From: an uncultured Planctomycetota bacterium
GTDB taxonomy: Bacteria > Planctomycetota > Planctomycetia > Isosphaerales > Isosphaeraceae
Length of the DNA: 64,000 nt
Assembly: GCA_963737655.1 (NCBI GenBank)
Contig: CAVTTN010000002.1
Location: forward strand, 5,088,001 to 5,152,000
Direction of reading: 5' to 3'
A program made the translations under genes and the position numbers. Every line of letters begins with the position of its first letter. The first letter of the stretch is position 1. The notes below the pieces were generated by a model. The model saw only the letters and a program-made list of their open reading frames with translations. It did no database searches and was not told the origin of the DNA. Positions 49,969 through 61,903 of the stretch are shown piece by piece.

Positions 49969-52667
49969 TCAGTCCATCGCCTGGGCGAAGACTCCGACGG
50001 CCAGGGCGACTCCCTCCGGGGCGTCGAGCGCCTCGGTCAGGTCGATTTCCCGGCCTCCGTCGCGGCCCTTCATGAGCGTTTCGATCAGGGCGATGGTGGT
50101 GTCGATCACGTCGGGCTGGATCAGGATCAGGTCGCCGGGGCGGGCCTCGCGGACCACCGCGTCCACGGCCTTCAGAGCGCCCTGGAACTCGCGGACCTCG
50201 CCCACCCTTGAGCCCGATTCCAGGCCCTTGCGGAACAGGCTCATGATCTCGCCCGGCTGGCGGCCCCGGACGTACTGGTCCTCGTACAGGACCACGCGAT
50301 CGAAGGCGTCGCCCAGCATCTCCCCCTGGCGGACGAGGTCCTCGTCCCGGCGGTCCCCGGCGGCCGAGTAGACCACCGTCCGCCGTTCCTGGGGGAACGG
50401 CTCGATCGCGTCGATCAACGCCTGGAGGGCCGAGACGTTGTGGCCGTAGTCCAGGATGATCGTCGCCCCGTTCATCTCCAGGAGGTTGAACCGGCCCGGG
50501 ACCGAACCCATCGCGCCCGGAAGCTCTCCAGGCCCGTGCGGATCGCATCCATTGAGAGCCCCAGCGACCACGCCGCCGCCGCGCTCGACAGGGCGTTCTC
50601 GATCTGGAACGACACCCGCCCGCCGTGGGTCAGAGGGACGTCGGCCAGGGCGATCAGGGAGGTCTCGCGGGGCCCTTCGGCCAGGACGATCCACTCGTCC
50701 CTCACGAACGCGGCCCGGCCCCCCTCGGAGCGGTGGGCGGCGATCACCGGCAGGTCGCCGTCCTGGGCGAAGAAGACCACGGAGCCGGGGCAATGCTCGG
50801 CCATCGCCGCCACGAGCGGGTCGTCCGCCTTCAGGACCGCCGAACCCTTCGGGCCGACCGCCTCGACGATCGTCCGCTTGACCTGCGAGAGCTTGTCCAG
50901 GGTGTGGATGTCGTGGAGGCCCAGGTGGTCCCCCTCGCCGATGTTCGTCACGACGGCCACGTCGCAGCGATCGAACGCCAGGCCGGCGCGGAGGATGCCG
51001 CCCCGGGCGGTTTCCAGGACGGCCGCCTCGACCCGGGGATGCATCAGGACCGCCGAGGCGCTGCCGGGGCCGGAGCAATCGCCCGACTCGATCCGGCGCT
51101 CGTTGATGTAGATCCCCTCGGTGCACGTCATCCCGACGGTCCGCCCCGTCCCCCGGACGATGCTGGCGATGAACCGCGTGACGGTCGTCTTGCCGTTGGT
51201 GCCGGTCACGGCGACCAGGGGGACCCGGCCGTTCTGGCCGTCGGGGAACATGAGGTCGATGATCGCCTCGCCGACCGGCCGAGGGCTGCCGGAGGAGGGC
51301 TCCAGGTGCATCCGCAGGCCCGGCCCGGCGTTGACCTCGACGATCACGCCGGCCTGGTCTTCCAGGGGGACGGCGATGTCCCGGGCCACGACGTCGATCC
51401 CGGCCACGTCCAGGCCGACCATCCGGGCCGCCTCGATGCACCGGGCGGCGACCTCCGGATGGACGCGGTCGGTCACGTCCTCGGCCGTCCCTCCGGTGCT
51501 CAGGTTCGCGTTGCGGCGGATCGGGACCTTGCGGCCCTCGGCGGGGACCGATTGCGGGTTGAGGCCCTGATCGGCGAGGACGGCCAGGGCGATGTCGTCG
51601 AGCTTGATCTTGCTCAGGGAGGTGGCGTGGCCGTCGCCTCGGCGGGGGTCGGTGTTCTTGATCGCGACGAGTTCGGCGACCGTCGATCGGCCGTCGCCGA
51701 CGACGTGGGCCGGCTCCCTCCGGGCGGCGGCGACCACGCGGTCGCCGACGACCAGGACGCGGTAATCGTCGCCCGGGGCGAACGTCTCGACGATCACCGA
51801 GCCGTCGGAGCTCTCGGCATGGGCGGCGTCATGGGCGGCGCGGACCTGGGCCTCGGTCGTCAGGTCGGTGGCGACCCCTCGGCCCTGGTTGCCGTATCGG
51901 GGCTTGACCACCACGGCCACGCCCAGCTCCCGGGCGGCGGCCCAGGCGTCGTCGGCCGAGGCGACGGGCCGGCCGGCGGGCACCGGCACGCCGATCGGGG
52001 CCAGGAGCGACCGGGTCAATTCCTTGTCCTGGGCGATCTCCTGGGCGATCGCGCCGGTGCGGTCGGTCTCGGCGGTCAGGATCCGCCGTTGCCGGGCCCC
52101 CCAGCCGAGCTGGACGAGGCTGCCGGTGTTGAGCCTTCGGGTCGGGATGCCTCGGTCCTTGGCGGCCTTGACGATCGACCCGGTGCTCGGTCCGAGCCGG
52201 GCCTCGTGGAGGATGTCGCGGATCCGGGCGACCTCGGCCGCCACGTCGAACGGTCGGTCGTGGAGGGCGGCCAGGACGAGCTCTCGGCCGACCTTCAGGG
52301 CCTCCCGGGCGGAGGTCTCCTCCTCGTACTCGACGACGACCTTGTACACGCCCTCCTCGCTCGTCTCGCGGGCCCGGCCGTAGCCGACGTCCGAGCCGGC
52401 CAGGGCCAGGAGCTCCAGGGTGACGTGCTCGAGGATGTGGGCCGGATAGGTCCCCCGGCGGAGCCTCTCGAAGAACCCTCCGCGCGTGCCGACGCTGCAC
52501 CGGTGCTCGACCATCGTCGGCAGCCAGGCCATCAGGCGGTCATTGAAGCCGGGGGCCTCGTCGGACGATGTGTCCTTCAAGGGGCCGAGGTCCACCCAGG
52601 CTTCGAGGACGGGGAAATTCGCCCAGAGGTTCGGTCCGCGCAGTGCCAGGACCTTCCGGAATTCCAT
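49969..52667 (-). CDS. cphA: Cyanophycin synthetase; frameshift ~50518
   Basis: LRGPNLWA, EHRCSVGTRGGFFERLRRGTY..HILEHV, LGPSTGSIV, ATP-grasp (EVNAGPGLRMH), Mur ligase VTGTNGKTT, ETARGG, DYGHN. Confidence 0.95.
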
Positions 52668-53097
52668 GGATCGTTCGCTCCGGGAGGGGGAGCGGCCCAG
52701 GACGCGGCCCGGGGGTCCACCCCGACCGGGCGACGACGACACCGGGGGCACCCGCCCCGTCCGTCCTGGGCCGAACCACCTCCGCAATGACCAGGCTCGC
52801 GACAGTGACGGCGGACGAGAGGGGGGGCCGAGCCGCCGAGACGAGCACCTCGCACGGGTCTAGTACGAAGGATCGCCGTCGGGGATCGAACTCACCTGCC
52901 CGATTTCTTCGGAGAAAGTCGCCGTTTGGGCGCTCTCGGTCGCACGTCCGGGAGTCCGCCCTTGCCTTGGCCCCGGAGGCGCGGCACGCCCTCGCGCCCG
53001 GGAGGCCCTCTTATCTTGTCGGACCGATGACAAAAGGCAAGAGGGACCCGGCCCGATCCAGCGGTTTCCTCCGGAGGGGCCGTCCGGGAGATTCCGG

Positions 53098-53189
53098 GGG
53101 GTAGAGCTCTGGAATCTGGAACTTCTGGGGTGCCCCCGGTTCTCGAACCGGGGGCACCCGAAAAAACTCCAGATTCGGGAGCTACACCC
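53098..53189. repeat. Long imperfect palindrome in the cphA/ABC divergent region
   Basis: Perfect core GGGTGCCCCCGGTTC-TC-GAACCGGGGGCACCC with extended arms GAATCTGGA/TCCAGATTC and GGGTAGAGCTC/GAGCTACACCC. Confidence 0.75.
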
Positions 53190-53281
53190 GATTCCGGGCG
53201 ATTCTCTCTAGGCAGCGCCGGGGCCTCGCCTATGATGGAAAGTCCAGGGCTCGGGCGGACCTTCCGGGGAGAGCGACGGCG

Positions 53282-55499
53282 TTGAGCGATCGGCCTTCGG
53301 GCTCAGACGATGCGATCGGGGGCCTCGGCCCGGAGGCCCGCGGCGAGGTGGCGGGCCTCCTGGGGCCGGACGAGCGCGTCCGCGGGGCGTTCCAACCCGA
53401 TCTGGACCCCGGACTCGTGTATCGCGACGGGCTGGTCGTCCTGACCGACCGCCGCCTCCTCGGCCGGGGCCATTCGGCGGACGCCGGGCCGTCCGGGCCC
53501 TCGGCCCGGCCTCCTGGCCGCTGAATCCCTCGCTCCGGCTCGCGATCCACGAGCATCAGGGCCTGGGGACGCTCGACCTCTCCGGCCCCGACGGCCTCCT
53601 GGCCCGGTGGCGGTTCACCGCAGCTCGGGCGAAGGCGGCGAGGAAGGTCGTCGAGGACTTCCCGGCCGCCGTCGCCGGCCTGCCCGTCGCCGAGGCCGAG
53701 CCCGCCCTGGCCGAAACGGCCGACGAACCGCCCCCCGCCTCGGGACGGACCGCCTCCTCGCTCGTCCGCCTCCTCAAATTCGCCCGGGGCCGCTCCGGGG
53801 CGATCGCTCTGGGCTTTTTCCTGACGCTCACCAGCACGGCCGCCGGCCTGATCCCGCCTTATTTAACCGAGCCGCTGATCGATGACGTGCTCGTCCCCCG
53901 CCAGGCCGGGCAATCGGTGCCGACGGCCCTGATTTCCTGGTACATCGGCGGGATGGCGCTCGCGTCGGTCCTGGCGTGGATCCTGGGATGGGCGAGATCG
54001 TATGTGATGGCCTGGGTCGGCGAGCGGATCAGCGCCGATTTGCGGGACCGGACGTATTCGCACCTCCTTCGCCTGTCGATGGAGTTTTTCGGCGGCAAGA
54101 GGACCGGCGACCTGATGAGCCGGATCAGCTCGGACACCGATCGGATCTGCAACTTCCTGTCGGTCAACCTCGTCGATTTCGCCACCGACATCCTCATGAT
54201 CGCCGGGACGGCGGCGATCCTGGTCGTCAAGGCGCCCTGCTCGCCCTGGCCACGCTCTGCCCGTTGCCGATGGTCGGCTGGCTCGTCCACAAGGTCCGCC
54301 ACCGCCTGAGGAACGGGTTCCGGGCGAGCTCCCGGGCCTGGGCCGCGATGACCAGCGTCCTGGCCGACACGATCCCGGGCATCCGGGTCGTCAAGGCGTT
54401 CGCCCAGGAGGGCCGCGAGGAGGCCCGATTCGTCTCGGCCAACGCCCACAACGTGAAGGTCAACGACCGGGTCAACGCCATCTGGGCCTTCTTCGGGCCG
54501 ATGCTGGGGCTGTTGACCCAGATTGGCCTGCTGGTCGTGTGGGGGGTGGGCGCCTGGCTGGTGTTCCACCGGAACTTCAAGGTCGGCCTGCTGACCATGT
54601 TCCTGACCTACCTCGGCCGGTTCTACACGAGGTTGGAGTCCATGAGCCGGATGGTCCAGGCCACCCAGAGGGCCGCGGCCAGCGCCGGGAGGGTCTTCGA
54701 GATCCTCGACCGCGTGCCGAGCGTCCCCGACCCTCTGCGGCCCCGGGACGCCTCGATCATCCGGGGAGGACTGGAGCTCCGCGACGTGGGGTTCCGCTAC
54801 GGGACCCGGACGGTCCTCGAAGGGGTGAACCTGAACGTCCGCCCCGGGGAGATGATCGGCCTGGTCGGCCCGAGCGGGGCGGGCAAGAGCACCCTGGTGA
54901 ACCTGATCTGCCGGTTCTACGACGTCACGGCCGGCTCGATCCGGATCGACGGAGTGGACGTCCGCGAGTTCGCCGTGAGCGACTATCGCCGCCATATCGG
55001 GATCGTCTTGCAGGAGCCGTTCCTCTTCTTCGGGACGGTGGCCGAGAACATCGCCTACGGCCGCCCCGAGGCGACCCGGGAAGACATCGTGGGCGCCGCC
55101 CGGGCCGCCCGGGCCCACGAATTCATCCTCCGGCTGCCCGACGGCTACGACTCGATCGTCGGCGAGCGCGGCCAGTCGCTCTCGGGAGGGGAGCGGCAAC
55201 GCATCTCCATCGCGCGCGCCCTCCTGATCGACCCCAAGATCCTGATTTTGGACGAGGCCACCTCCAGCGTGGACACCGAGACCGAACGGGAGATCCAGGA
55301 GGCGCTGGACAACCTCGTCCGAGGGCGGACGACGATCGCCATCGCCCACCGGCTGAGCACGCTTAGAAAAGCCGATCGACTGGTGGTCATCGAACGCGGG
55401 AAGATCGCCGAGATCGGCCACCACGAGGAGCTCCTCCAGACGCCCGGGGCGTATGCGAGGCTCCACCGGGCCCAGATCGAGCTGGCGGGGGTGTCGTGA
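53282..55499 (+). CDS. ABC exporter (extra N-terminal domain + TMD + NBD), cyanophycin-associated type; frameshifts ~53500 and ~54235
   Basis: DLD..LVYRDGLVVLTDRRL N-terminal domain; RTGDLMSRISSDTDR; GPSGAGKST, LSGGERQR, ILDEATSSVD, IAHRLST. Confidence 0.88.
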
Positions 55500-55500
55500 C

Positions 55501-55974
55501 ATGGGAGGAACGCCGCCGTTCGGCCTGAGCCGGGACGACTGGGGCCGCCTCGTCCTGATCGACGCCTCGGGCCGACGGTTCGTCGGCGTCGAGCCCGTCC
55601 GCGCCTTCCCCTTGAGCGACCCCTCGCGAGGGATCAGCCTGTGCGAGGAGTCCGGCAAGGAAGTCGCCTGGATCGATCGGCTCGACGACCTCCCTTCGGC
55701 GACGAAATCGCTCCTGATGGAGCACCTGGAAGGCCGCGAATTCCTGCCGAGGATCGAGCGGATCGTCTCGATTTCGAGCGATTCGGCGCCCTCGGATTGG
55801 CGAGTCGAGACCGACCGAGGCCCGACGGTCTTCACCCTCGAAGACGAGGAGCAAATCCGCAAGGTCGGCCCCCACCGGGCCCTGTTGACCGACTCGCGAG
55901 GGATGAGGTTCGAGGTCCGGGACGTCCGCGCCCTCGATCCGGCGAGCCGGATGCTGCTGGATCGGTATCTCTGA
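55501..55974 (+). CDS. DUF1854 domain protein
   Basis: RDDWGRLVL, GVEPVRAFPLSDP..GISL, F.PRI.RI, W.VETDRG, DSRGMRF. Confidence 0.85.
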   Translation: MGGTPPFGLSRDDWGRLVLIDASGRRFVGVEPVRAFPLSDPSRGISLCEESGKEVAWIDRLDDLPSATKSLLMEHLEGREFLPRIERIVSISSDSAPSDWRVETDRGPTVFTLEDEEQIRKVGPHRALLTDSRGMRFEVRDVRALDPASRMLLDRYL

Positions 55975-56151
55975 GAAGAAAAGGGGTCGGGGAGTCGGCT
56001 CCCGGGCCGGATTCCCCGATTTCCCTCCAGTCGCCGCCCCCTCGCGGACGACAATGCCCGAGGCCCATCGGGCTTCGCATTGCCCGTTCGGGCCGATTCC
56101 GAGTATAAGGCTCGCCGCCGGATCGATCGGAAGGACCCGAGACGAGGCCCG

Positions 56152-57239
56152 ATGCCCGTGACGCCTCACATCGCCATCCCGCCCCGCCCGGGGATGATCT
56201 CGCTGGTCACTCCCATCTACAACGAGGAGGAGTTGATCGACGAGCTCCATCGCCGGGTCTCCGCCGTGATGGGCGGCCTGAAGCGGCCGTGGGAGGTGGT
56301 TTACGTCAACGACGGCAGCCGCGATCGCTCGTTGGAGATGCTCCGCGAGCATCAGAAGCGGGATGGCCACGTCGTCGTGGTCGAGCTGTCGAGGAACTGG
56401 GGTCATCAGCCGGCGCTGACGGCCGGGCTCTCGGTGGCGAGGGGGGATGCCGTCGTCCTGATGGACGGCGATCTCCAGGACCCCCCGACGGTGATCCCCG
56501 AGATGGTCCGCGCCTGGGACCTCGGGGCGAAAGTGGTCGTCGCCGAGCGGAGGAGCCGGGCGGAGAAGGGCCTCCGAGGGGCGTTGTTCCGGGCGTTCTA
56601 CAAGTGTTTGGGCATCCTCTCCGATTTCCCGATCCCGCTGAACGCCGGGATCTTCGGGCTGCTCGACCGCCAGGCCGTGGACGCCATCAACCGCCTGAGC
56701 GAGAGCAACCGCTACCTGCCGGGCCTCCGGGCGTGGATCGGCTACCCGACGGAGGTCGTCTTCTACGACCGGGCCGAACGCGCGGCCGGGCGCCGAAGCA
56801 GACCTTCTGGAAGCTCGCGAAATACGCCCTCGACGCCATCCTCAGCTTCAGCTACAAGCCCCTGAGGCTGAGCCTGGTGATGGGGCTGGGCGTGGCGACG
56901 TTCGCCCTGGTCTATGGCCTGATCCTGACGATCCTGGGGATTTTCCACGTCGGGCTGTTCGGGCTCCAGTTCGTCCCGGGATACACCAGCACGATCGTCT
57001 CGATCCTGTTCCTGGGCGGGGTGCAACTGGTCTGCGTGGGGCTTCTGGGCGAGTACATCGGGCGGATCTACGACGAGGTCAAGCGTCGCCCGCTCTTCTT
57101 CATCCATCGCGTCCATCGGACGGGCCAGGAGTCGGAGCCGGCGTCCCATGAATCCCAAGGAATACGAGAACCTCGATCGGATCGACCGGACCCACTGGTT
57201 CTATCGGGGCAAGCGGGCGATCGTCCGCCACTGGATTGA
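56152..57239 (+). CDS. GT2 polyprenol-phosphate glycosyltransferase (GtrB/ArnC-like); frameshift ~56790
   Basis: SLVTPIYNEE, VNDGSRD, LSRNWGHQ, MDGDLQDPP, two C-terminal TMs, GEYIGRIYDEVKRRP; exact stop uncertain. Confidence 0.88.
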
Positions 57240-57894
57240 CCGGCTCGCCCCTCCGGGCCCCGACGACCTGCTCGTCGATGCCGGGATGGGCACGGGGACG
57301 TGGCTGGTGGAGATGGCGTCGCGGTGCCGGGTCCTGGGCCTGGACGACCACGACGAGAGCCTGGCCCTGGTGCGCCCTCGATTGGAGGCCGTCGGCGGAG
57401 GCGCCCTGAAGACGACCCTCGATTCGGTCGACCTGCCCGACGGCTCGGCGGCCGTCGTGACCATGATGGACGTCCTGGAGCACCTGGACGACGACGCGGC
57501 GGCGCTGAACGAGATGGTCCGGATCACCCGGCCCGGCGGCCTGATCGTGGTGACCGTGCCGGCGCTGCGGTGGCTCTGGAGCGACTGGGACGTGACGTTG
57601 CACCACCGGAGGCGCTACCACAAGCCGGACCTCCTCCGTCTGTTCCGCTCCCAGGACGTCGAGGTGATCCGCTGCGCGTATTTCAACACGGTGGCGCTGG
57701 GCCCGGCCTGGGCCGTCCGCTCGTGGAGGAAGGTCCGCAAGCCGAGGCCCGGCGCCCCGAGGTTCGAGGACCACGTCCCGCCCGCCCCCCTGAACGGCCT
57801 GATGTACCGGATGATGGTCGATCCGGCCCGATGGGGCTGGCTGAGGCCGCCGGCGGGGGTCTCGCTCCTGGGAGTGCTCCGTAAAAACCCGTAG
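57148..57894 (+). CDS. Class I SAM-dependent methyltransferase
   Basis: HWFYRGKR, LVDAGMGTG, DVLEHL, TVPALRWLWS..D...HHRRRY. Confidence 0.88.
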   Translation: MNPKEYENLDRIDRTHWFYRGKRAIVRHWIDRLAPPGPDDLLVDAGMGTGTWLVEMASRCRVLGLDDHDESLALVRPRLEAVGGGALKTTLDSVDLPDGSAAVVTMMDVLEHLDDDAAALNEMVRITRPGGLIVVTVPALRWLWSDWDVTLHHRRRYHKPDLLRLFRSQDVEVIRCAYFNTVALGPAWAVRSWRKVRKPRPGAPRFEDHVPPAPLNGLMYRMMVDPARWGWLRPPAGVSLLGVLRKNP

Positions 57895-57998
57895 GGTGGC
57901 CGCGTGGCATGCTTACATCTTCGTAAGCATGCCTTCAGTCGGGCGTCAATCGGAGACATGCTTACGAGGACGTAAGCATGCCACCCGGCGCATCCTAC
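57891..57998. repeat. REPIN-like palindrome, family A copy 3 with GTAG ends
   Basis: GTAGGGTG..GTGGCATGCTTAC...CGTAAGCATG...CATGCTTACG..CGTAAGCATGCCAC...CATCCTAC. Confidence 0.8.
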
Positions 57999-58105
57999 GG
58001 TCGTTTCGCGCTCGCTCCGGGGCCGTGACCTAGCCTTGGAGCAGGACGGCCGGGGCGATCGATTGAGTGGACCCGGCCGGTTCTCCCTCAAGGAGCGGGA
58101 CGGCC

Positions 58106-58408
58106 ATGCTGGTTCTCACGCGGAAGTTGATGGAAAAGCTCCACATCGGCGACCAGATCACCGTCACGGTGGTCCGCCTGGAGACGGGCCAGGTCCGCCT
58201 GGGGATCGACGCCCCCCGGCAGATCCCGGTGGTCCGGGGAGAACTCCGGCCCCGAGCGGCCGGTGCGGATTCAGGGGCGGAGACGGGGGCGGGGGTGGAG
58301 GCCGACGACCCGGCCTCGCCCCCCGGCGAATCGCCCCCCGGGGCGATCAGGAGACGGCGGCCCGTTCCTCTCGGAATCGGTATCCGACGCCACGGACCGT
58401 CTCGATGA
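58106..58408 (+). CDS. csrA: Carbon storage regulator CsrA
   Basis: MLVLTRKLMEKLHIGDQITVTVV...VRLGIDAPRQIPVVRGEL; RBS AAGGAG; 3' end uncertain. Confidence 0.85.
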   Translation: MLVLTRKLMEKLHIGDQITVTVVRLETGQVRLGIDAPRQIPVVRGELRPRAAGADSGAETGAGVEADDPASPPGESPPGAIRRRRPVPLGIGIRRHGPSR

Positions 58409-59053
58409 GGTCGGCCGACTCGTTCATCTTCTTGCGAAGGCTCTTGATGTGGACGTCGATGGTCCGCTCCAGGACGACGGCGTCCTCCCCGATCGCGGCG
58501 TCCATCAATTCGTGGCGGGTGAAGGCCCGCCCGGCCTGGCGGAGCATGACCTCCAGGAGCCGGAACTCGGTGGGGGTCAGCAGGAGTTCCTCGCCGTTGA
58601 GCAACGCCCGGTGGCGGTGGCGGTCGATCACCACGCCCTGGCATTCGACGACGGACTCGGCCGGCGAGTCCTCCCGGCGCTCTTCTTGCGGAGCTCCTTC
58701 TTGATGCGCTCGATCAGGACCTTTTGCCGGTAGGGCTTGATCACGTAGTCGTCGGCCCCGACCTTGAAGCCGACCATCTCGTCGATCTCTTCCCCCTTGG
58801 CGGTCACCATGATGATCGGGATCTCCCGGGTCTGGGTGCCCGCGCGCAGGGTCTTGCAGACGTCCCAGCCGTCGCGGACGGGCAACATCAGGTCCAGGAC
58901 GATCAGGTCCGGCAGGCGGAGCTGGGCCTGGCGGAGGCCGTCCTGGCCGTCGAAGGCCGTCATGACCTCGTACCCCTCGCGGGTCAGGCTGTACGCCAGG
59001 GGCTCGACCAGGGCCCTCTCGTCCTCGATGATCAGGATCTTCGGCTTGGCCAT
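58347..59053 (-). CDS. phoB: OmpR/PhoB family response regulator; frameshift ~58673
   Basis: KILIIEDE, DLIVLDLMLP, GADDYVIKP, LTPTEFRLL, RTIDVHIKSLRKK, IETVRGVGY; in pst operon. Confidence 0.88.
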
Positions 59054-59174
59054 CGGTAGAGGCTTGCTCGAATGGGTTTCGAGGAGGGTCGTGTCGGGGG
59101 AGCCTACCATACGACGATGAAGCCTCGATGAAGGGGTGATGAGGAGCGCCCGGTCTTCCTCGGGACGGTCGCGA

Positions 59175-60029
59175 TCAGCCGATCCGGCCGGTGATGTACG
59201 CCTCGGTCCGGGGGTCTCGGGGGTTGGTGAAGAGGCGTTCGGTGGGGCTGAACTCGGCGATCACGCCGATCCTCTGGCCGAGGGAGGCCGGGGAGTCGTC
59301 CAGCATCAGGCAGGCGGTCATGTCGCTGGTGCGGCGGGCCTGCTGCATGTTGTGGGTGACGATCACGATGGTGTAATCGGCCTTGAGCTCGTCCATCAGG
59401 TCCTCGACCTTCGCCGTGGCGATCGGGTCCAGGGCCGAGCAGGGCTCGTCCATCAGGATGACCTCGGGCTCGACGGCCAGGGTCCGGGCGATGCAGAGCC
59501 TCTGCTGCTGGCCGCCCGAGAGCTCCAGGCCGGAGCGGTGGAGCTTGTCGCGGACCTCGTCCCACAGCGCGGCCCGCTTCAGGGACCTTTCCACGAGTTC
59601 ATCCATGTCGCCCCGGTACCCGTTGATCTTCGCGCCCCACGCCACGTTCTGATAGATGCTCTTGGGGAACGGGTTGGGCTTCTGGAAGACCATGCCGATC
59701 CGGCGGCGGAGGGCCACCGGGTCGGTGCTCGGCGAGCTGAGGTCCTGCCCCTCGAACCGCAGCTCCCCTTCCATCCTCGCGCCGGGGATCAGGTCGTTCA
59801 TCCGGTTGAAGCAGCGGAGCAGCGTGCTCTTGCCGCAGCCGGAGGGGCCGATCAGCGCGGTGATCTCGTGGCGGGGGATGCAGATATTGATCTCGCGGAG
59901 GGCCTGGCTCGCGCCGTACCAGACCGAGAGGTTCCGGGCCGTCAGCGCCGGCTCGGGGCTCGGCTCGGCCGGCGGGGCCTCGCTCGGGAGGGCGGTCGTC
60001 ATCGTCGAGCCGTTGGGAATGGGGTTCAT
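59175..60029 (-). CDS. pstB: Phosphate ABC transporter ATPase
   Basis: [52 protein letters not shown]. Confidence 0.96.
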   Translation of the reverse strand: MNPIPNGSTMTTALPSEAPPAEPSPEPALTARNLSVWYGASQALREINICIPRHEITALIGPSGCGKSTLLRCFNRMNDLIPGARMEGELRFEGQDLSSPSTDPVALRRRIGMVFQKPNPFPKSIYQNVAWGAKINGYRGDMDELVERSLKRAALWDEVRDKLHRSGLELSGGQQQRLCIARTLAVEPEVILMDEPCSALDPIATAKVEDLMDELKADYTIVIVTHNMQQARRTSDMTACLMLDDSPASLGQRIGVIAEFSPTERLFTNPRDPRTEAYITGRIG

Positions 60030-60937
60030 CGCGACGGGGCCCGGTAGCGGTTTCGGATCACGATCGCCACGGAATTCATCGTCAGGAGCAGGGCCAGCAG
60101 GATCAGGATGCCCCCGGCCGCCACCACCCGGAAATCCTCGCCCGGGCTCCTCGCCGCCGAGTAGATCTCCACGGGCAGCGCCGTGTACCGGCTCGACGGC
60201 CCGCTCGGCAAAAACCGGATCGAACCGGCGGCGCCGACCAGGAGCAAGGGGGCCGTCTCGCCGATCGCCCGGGACAGCGCGAGGATCGTCCCGGTCAAGA
60301 TCCCCGGCACCGCCGAGGGCAGGACGTGGTCGCGGACCATCTGCCACCTCGTCGCCCCCAATGCCAACGCGGCCTGGCGGAGGCTGGGCGGGACGGTCCG
60401 GAGCGCCTCTCGCGAGGCGATCACCACGACCGGCAGGACGAGCAGGCTGAGGGTCATCCCCCCGGCCCAGAGCGTCTCGCCGACGCCCCACTGCTTGTGG
60501 CCGAAGACCCGGACGAACGCCGCCAGGCCGAGGATCCCATAAACGATCGACGGCACGCCCGCCAGGTTCGCCAGGTTCAGGCCGATCAGGTCGCGGACCC
60601 GCCCCGGGCGGGCGAATTCTTCGAGGTAGACCGCCGCGCCCACCCCGACCGGGATCGCCATCAGGGCCACCAGCAGCAGGAGCCAGATGCTGCCGACGAT
60701 CCCCGCCAGGAAGCCCGACTTGCCGGCCTGGGCCGAGGAGAACCGATTCGTGAGCCCCACCACGCCCGAGATCCCCCCGGGCAGCTTCGCCGCCGAGGAG
60801 ACCACGGCGCCGACCAGGACCACCAGGATCACCAGGCCGAGCAGGGTCGCCGCCAGGCACGCGGCGCGGAACAGCCAGCCGGCGACTCGCCGTCTGGCCA
60901 TCCTCGGCTCGAACCGAGACGGGGCCGGGCCGCTCAT
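60026..60937 (-). CDS. pstA: Phosphate ABC permease
   Basis: [31 protein letters not shown]. Confidence 0.93.
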   Translation of the reverse strand: MSGPAPSRFEPRMARRRVAGWLFRAACLAATLLGLVILVVLVGAVVSSAAKLPGGISGVVGLTNRFSSAQAGKSGFLAGIVGSIWLLLLVALMAIPVGVGAAVYLEEFARPGRVRDLIGLNLANLAGVPSIVYGILGLAAFVRVFGHKQWGVGETLWAGGMTLSLLVLPVVVIASREALRTVPPSLRQAALALGATRWQMVRDHVLPSAVPGILTGTILALSRAIGETAPLLLVGAAGSIRFLPSGPSSRYTALPVEIYSAARSPGEDFRVVAAGGILILLALLLTMNSVAIVIRNRYRAPSR

Positions 60938-61902
60938 TGGTAGACCTCCCGGAACCGCCTCAAGATGAAGTTGGAGAGGATGTTCAGGACCAGGGTGATC
61001 AGGAAGAGGACCATCCCCACGGCGAACAGGGACAGGTATTCGTCGTCCCGGGAGGCGTCCCCGCCGATCACCCCGACGATATACGCCGTCATCGTCTCCA
61101 GAGACCTCAGCGGGTTGAACGTGAGCTGCCGGTTCGACCCGGCGGCCAGGACCACGGCCATCGTCTCGCCGATGGCCCGGCTGATGGCCAGGATGAACGC
61201 CGCCATCACGCCCGAGAGGCCGGCCGGGACGACGATCTTGGTCGAGACCTCGAACTTCGTCGCCCCCAGGCCATACGCCGCCTCGCGGAGGCTCCGGGGG
61301 ACGGCCGAGAGCACGTCCTCGCTCAGGCTGGAGACCATCGGGATGATCATGATCCCGACGACGATGGCGGCGCTCAGGACATTATATTGCTCGACCTTGA
61401 ACGTCGGCTCCAAAAGCCATTTCAGGCCCGGGGTGACGAGCATCAAGGCGAGGTAGCCATAGACGATGGTGGGGATGCCCGCGAGGAGCTCCAGGGCCGG
61501 CTTGAGGACGCTGCGGAGCCGCCTCGGGGCGTATTCGCTCAGGTAGATGGCGCTGAGGAGGCCGATCGGGATGGCGATCACCGACGCCCCGGCGGCGATC
61601 ACGAAGGTCCCCCAGATCAGGCCAAAAATCCCGAACCGGGGAGGCTCGCCGGCCGGGTCGAGCTCGGTCCCGGTCACGAATGCCACCGGGCTCACGCCGG
61701 AGATCGCGAAGAACCGGACGGTCTCCACGCCCAGGACGACGACGATCCCCACGGTGGTCAAGACGGTGATCAGGGCGCAGGCGAACAGGAAGAGGCGGAC
61801 GGCCACTTCCTGGACGGCCAGCCAGGGAGACGGCCCCCGCCACGGGTCGGGCGGGGGTTCGGCCACGGCGGCGGGGCTCGAGATCGGCGGGTTCTCGGTC
61901 AC
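60934..61902 (-). CDS. pstC: Phosphate ABC permease
   Basis: [36 protein letters not shown]. Confidence 0.93.
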   Translation of the reverse strand: MTENPPISSPAAVAEPPPDPWRGPSPWLAVQEVAVRLFLFACALITVLTTVGIVVVLGVETVRFFAISGVSPVAFVTGTELDPAGEPPRFGIFGLIWGTFVIAAGASVIAIPIGLLSAIYLSEYAPRRLRSVLKPALELLAGIPTIVYGYLALMLVTPGLKWLLEPTFKVEQYNVLSAAIVVGIMIIPMVSSLSEDVLSAVPRSLREAAYGLGATKFEVSTKIVVPAGLSGVMAAFILAISRAIGETMAVVLAAGSNRQLTFNPLRSLETMTAYIVGVIGGDASRDDEYLSLFAVGMVLFLITLVLNILSNFILRRFREVYQ

Positions 61903-61903
61903 G

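Noticed and set aside
44933..50548. 1871-aa minus-strand ORF (also 26854..30750 + and 9812..13039 -)
   Set aside because: Antisense shadows of real genes in high-GC DNA; Arg/Gly/Pro-rich with no motifs
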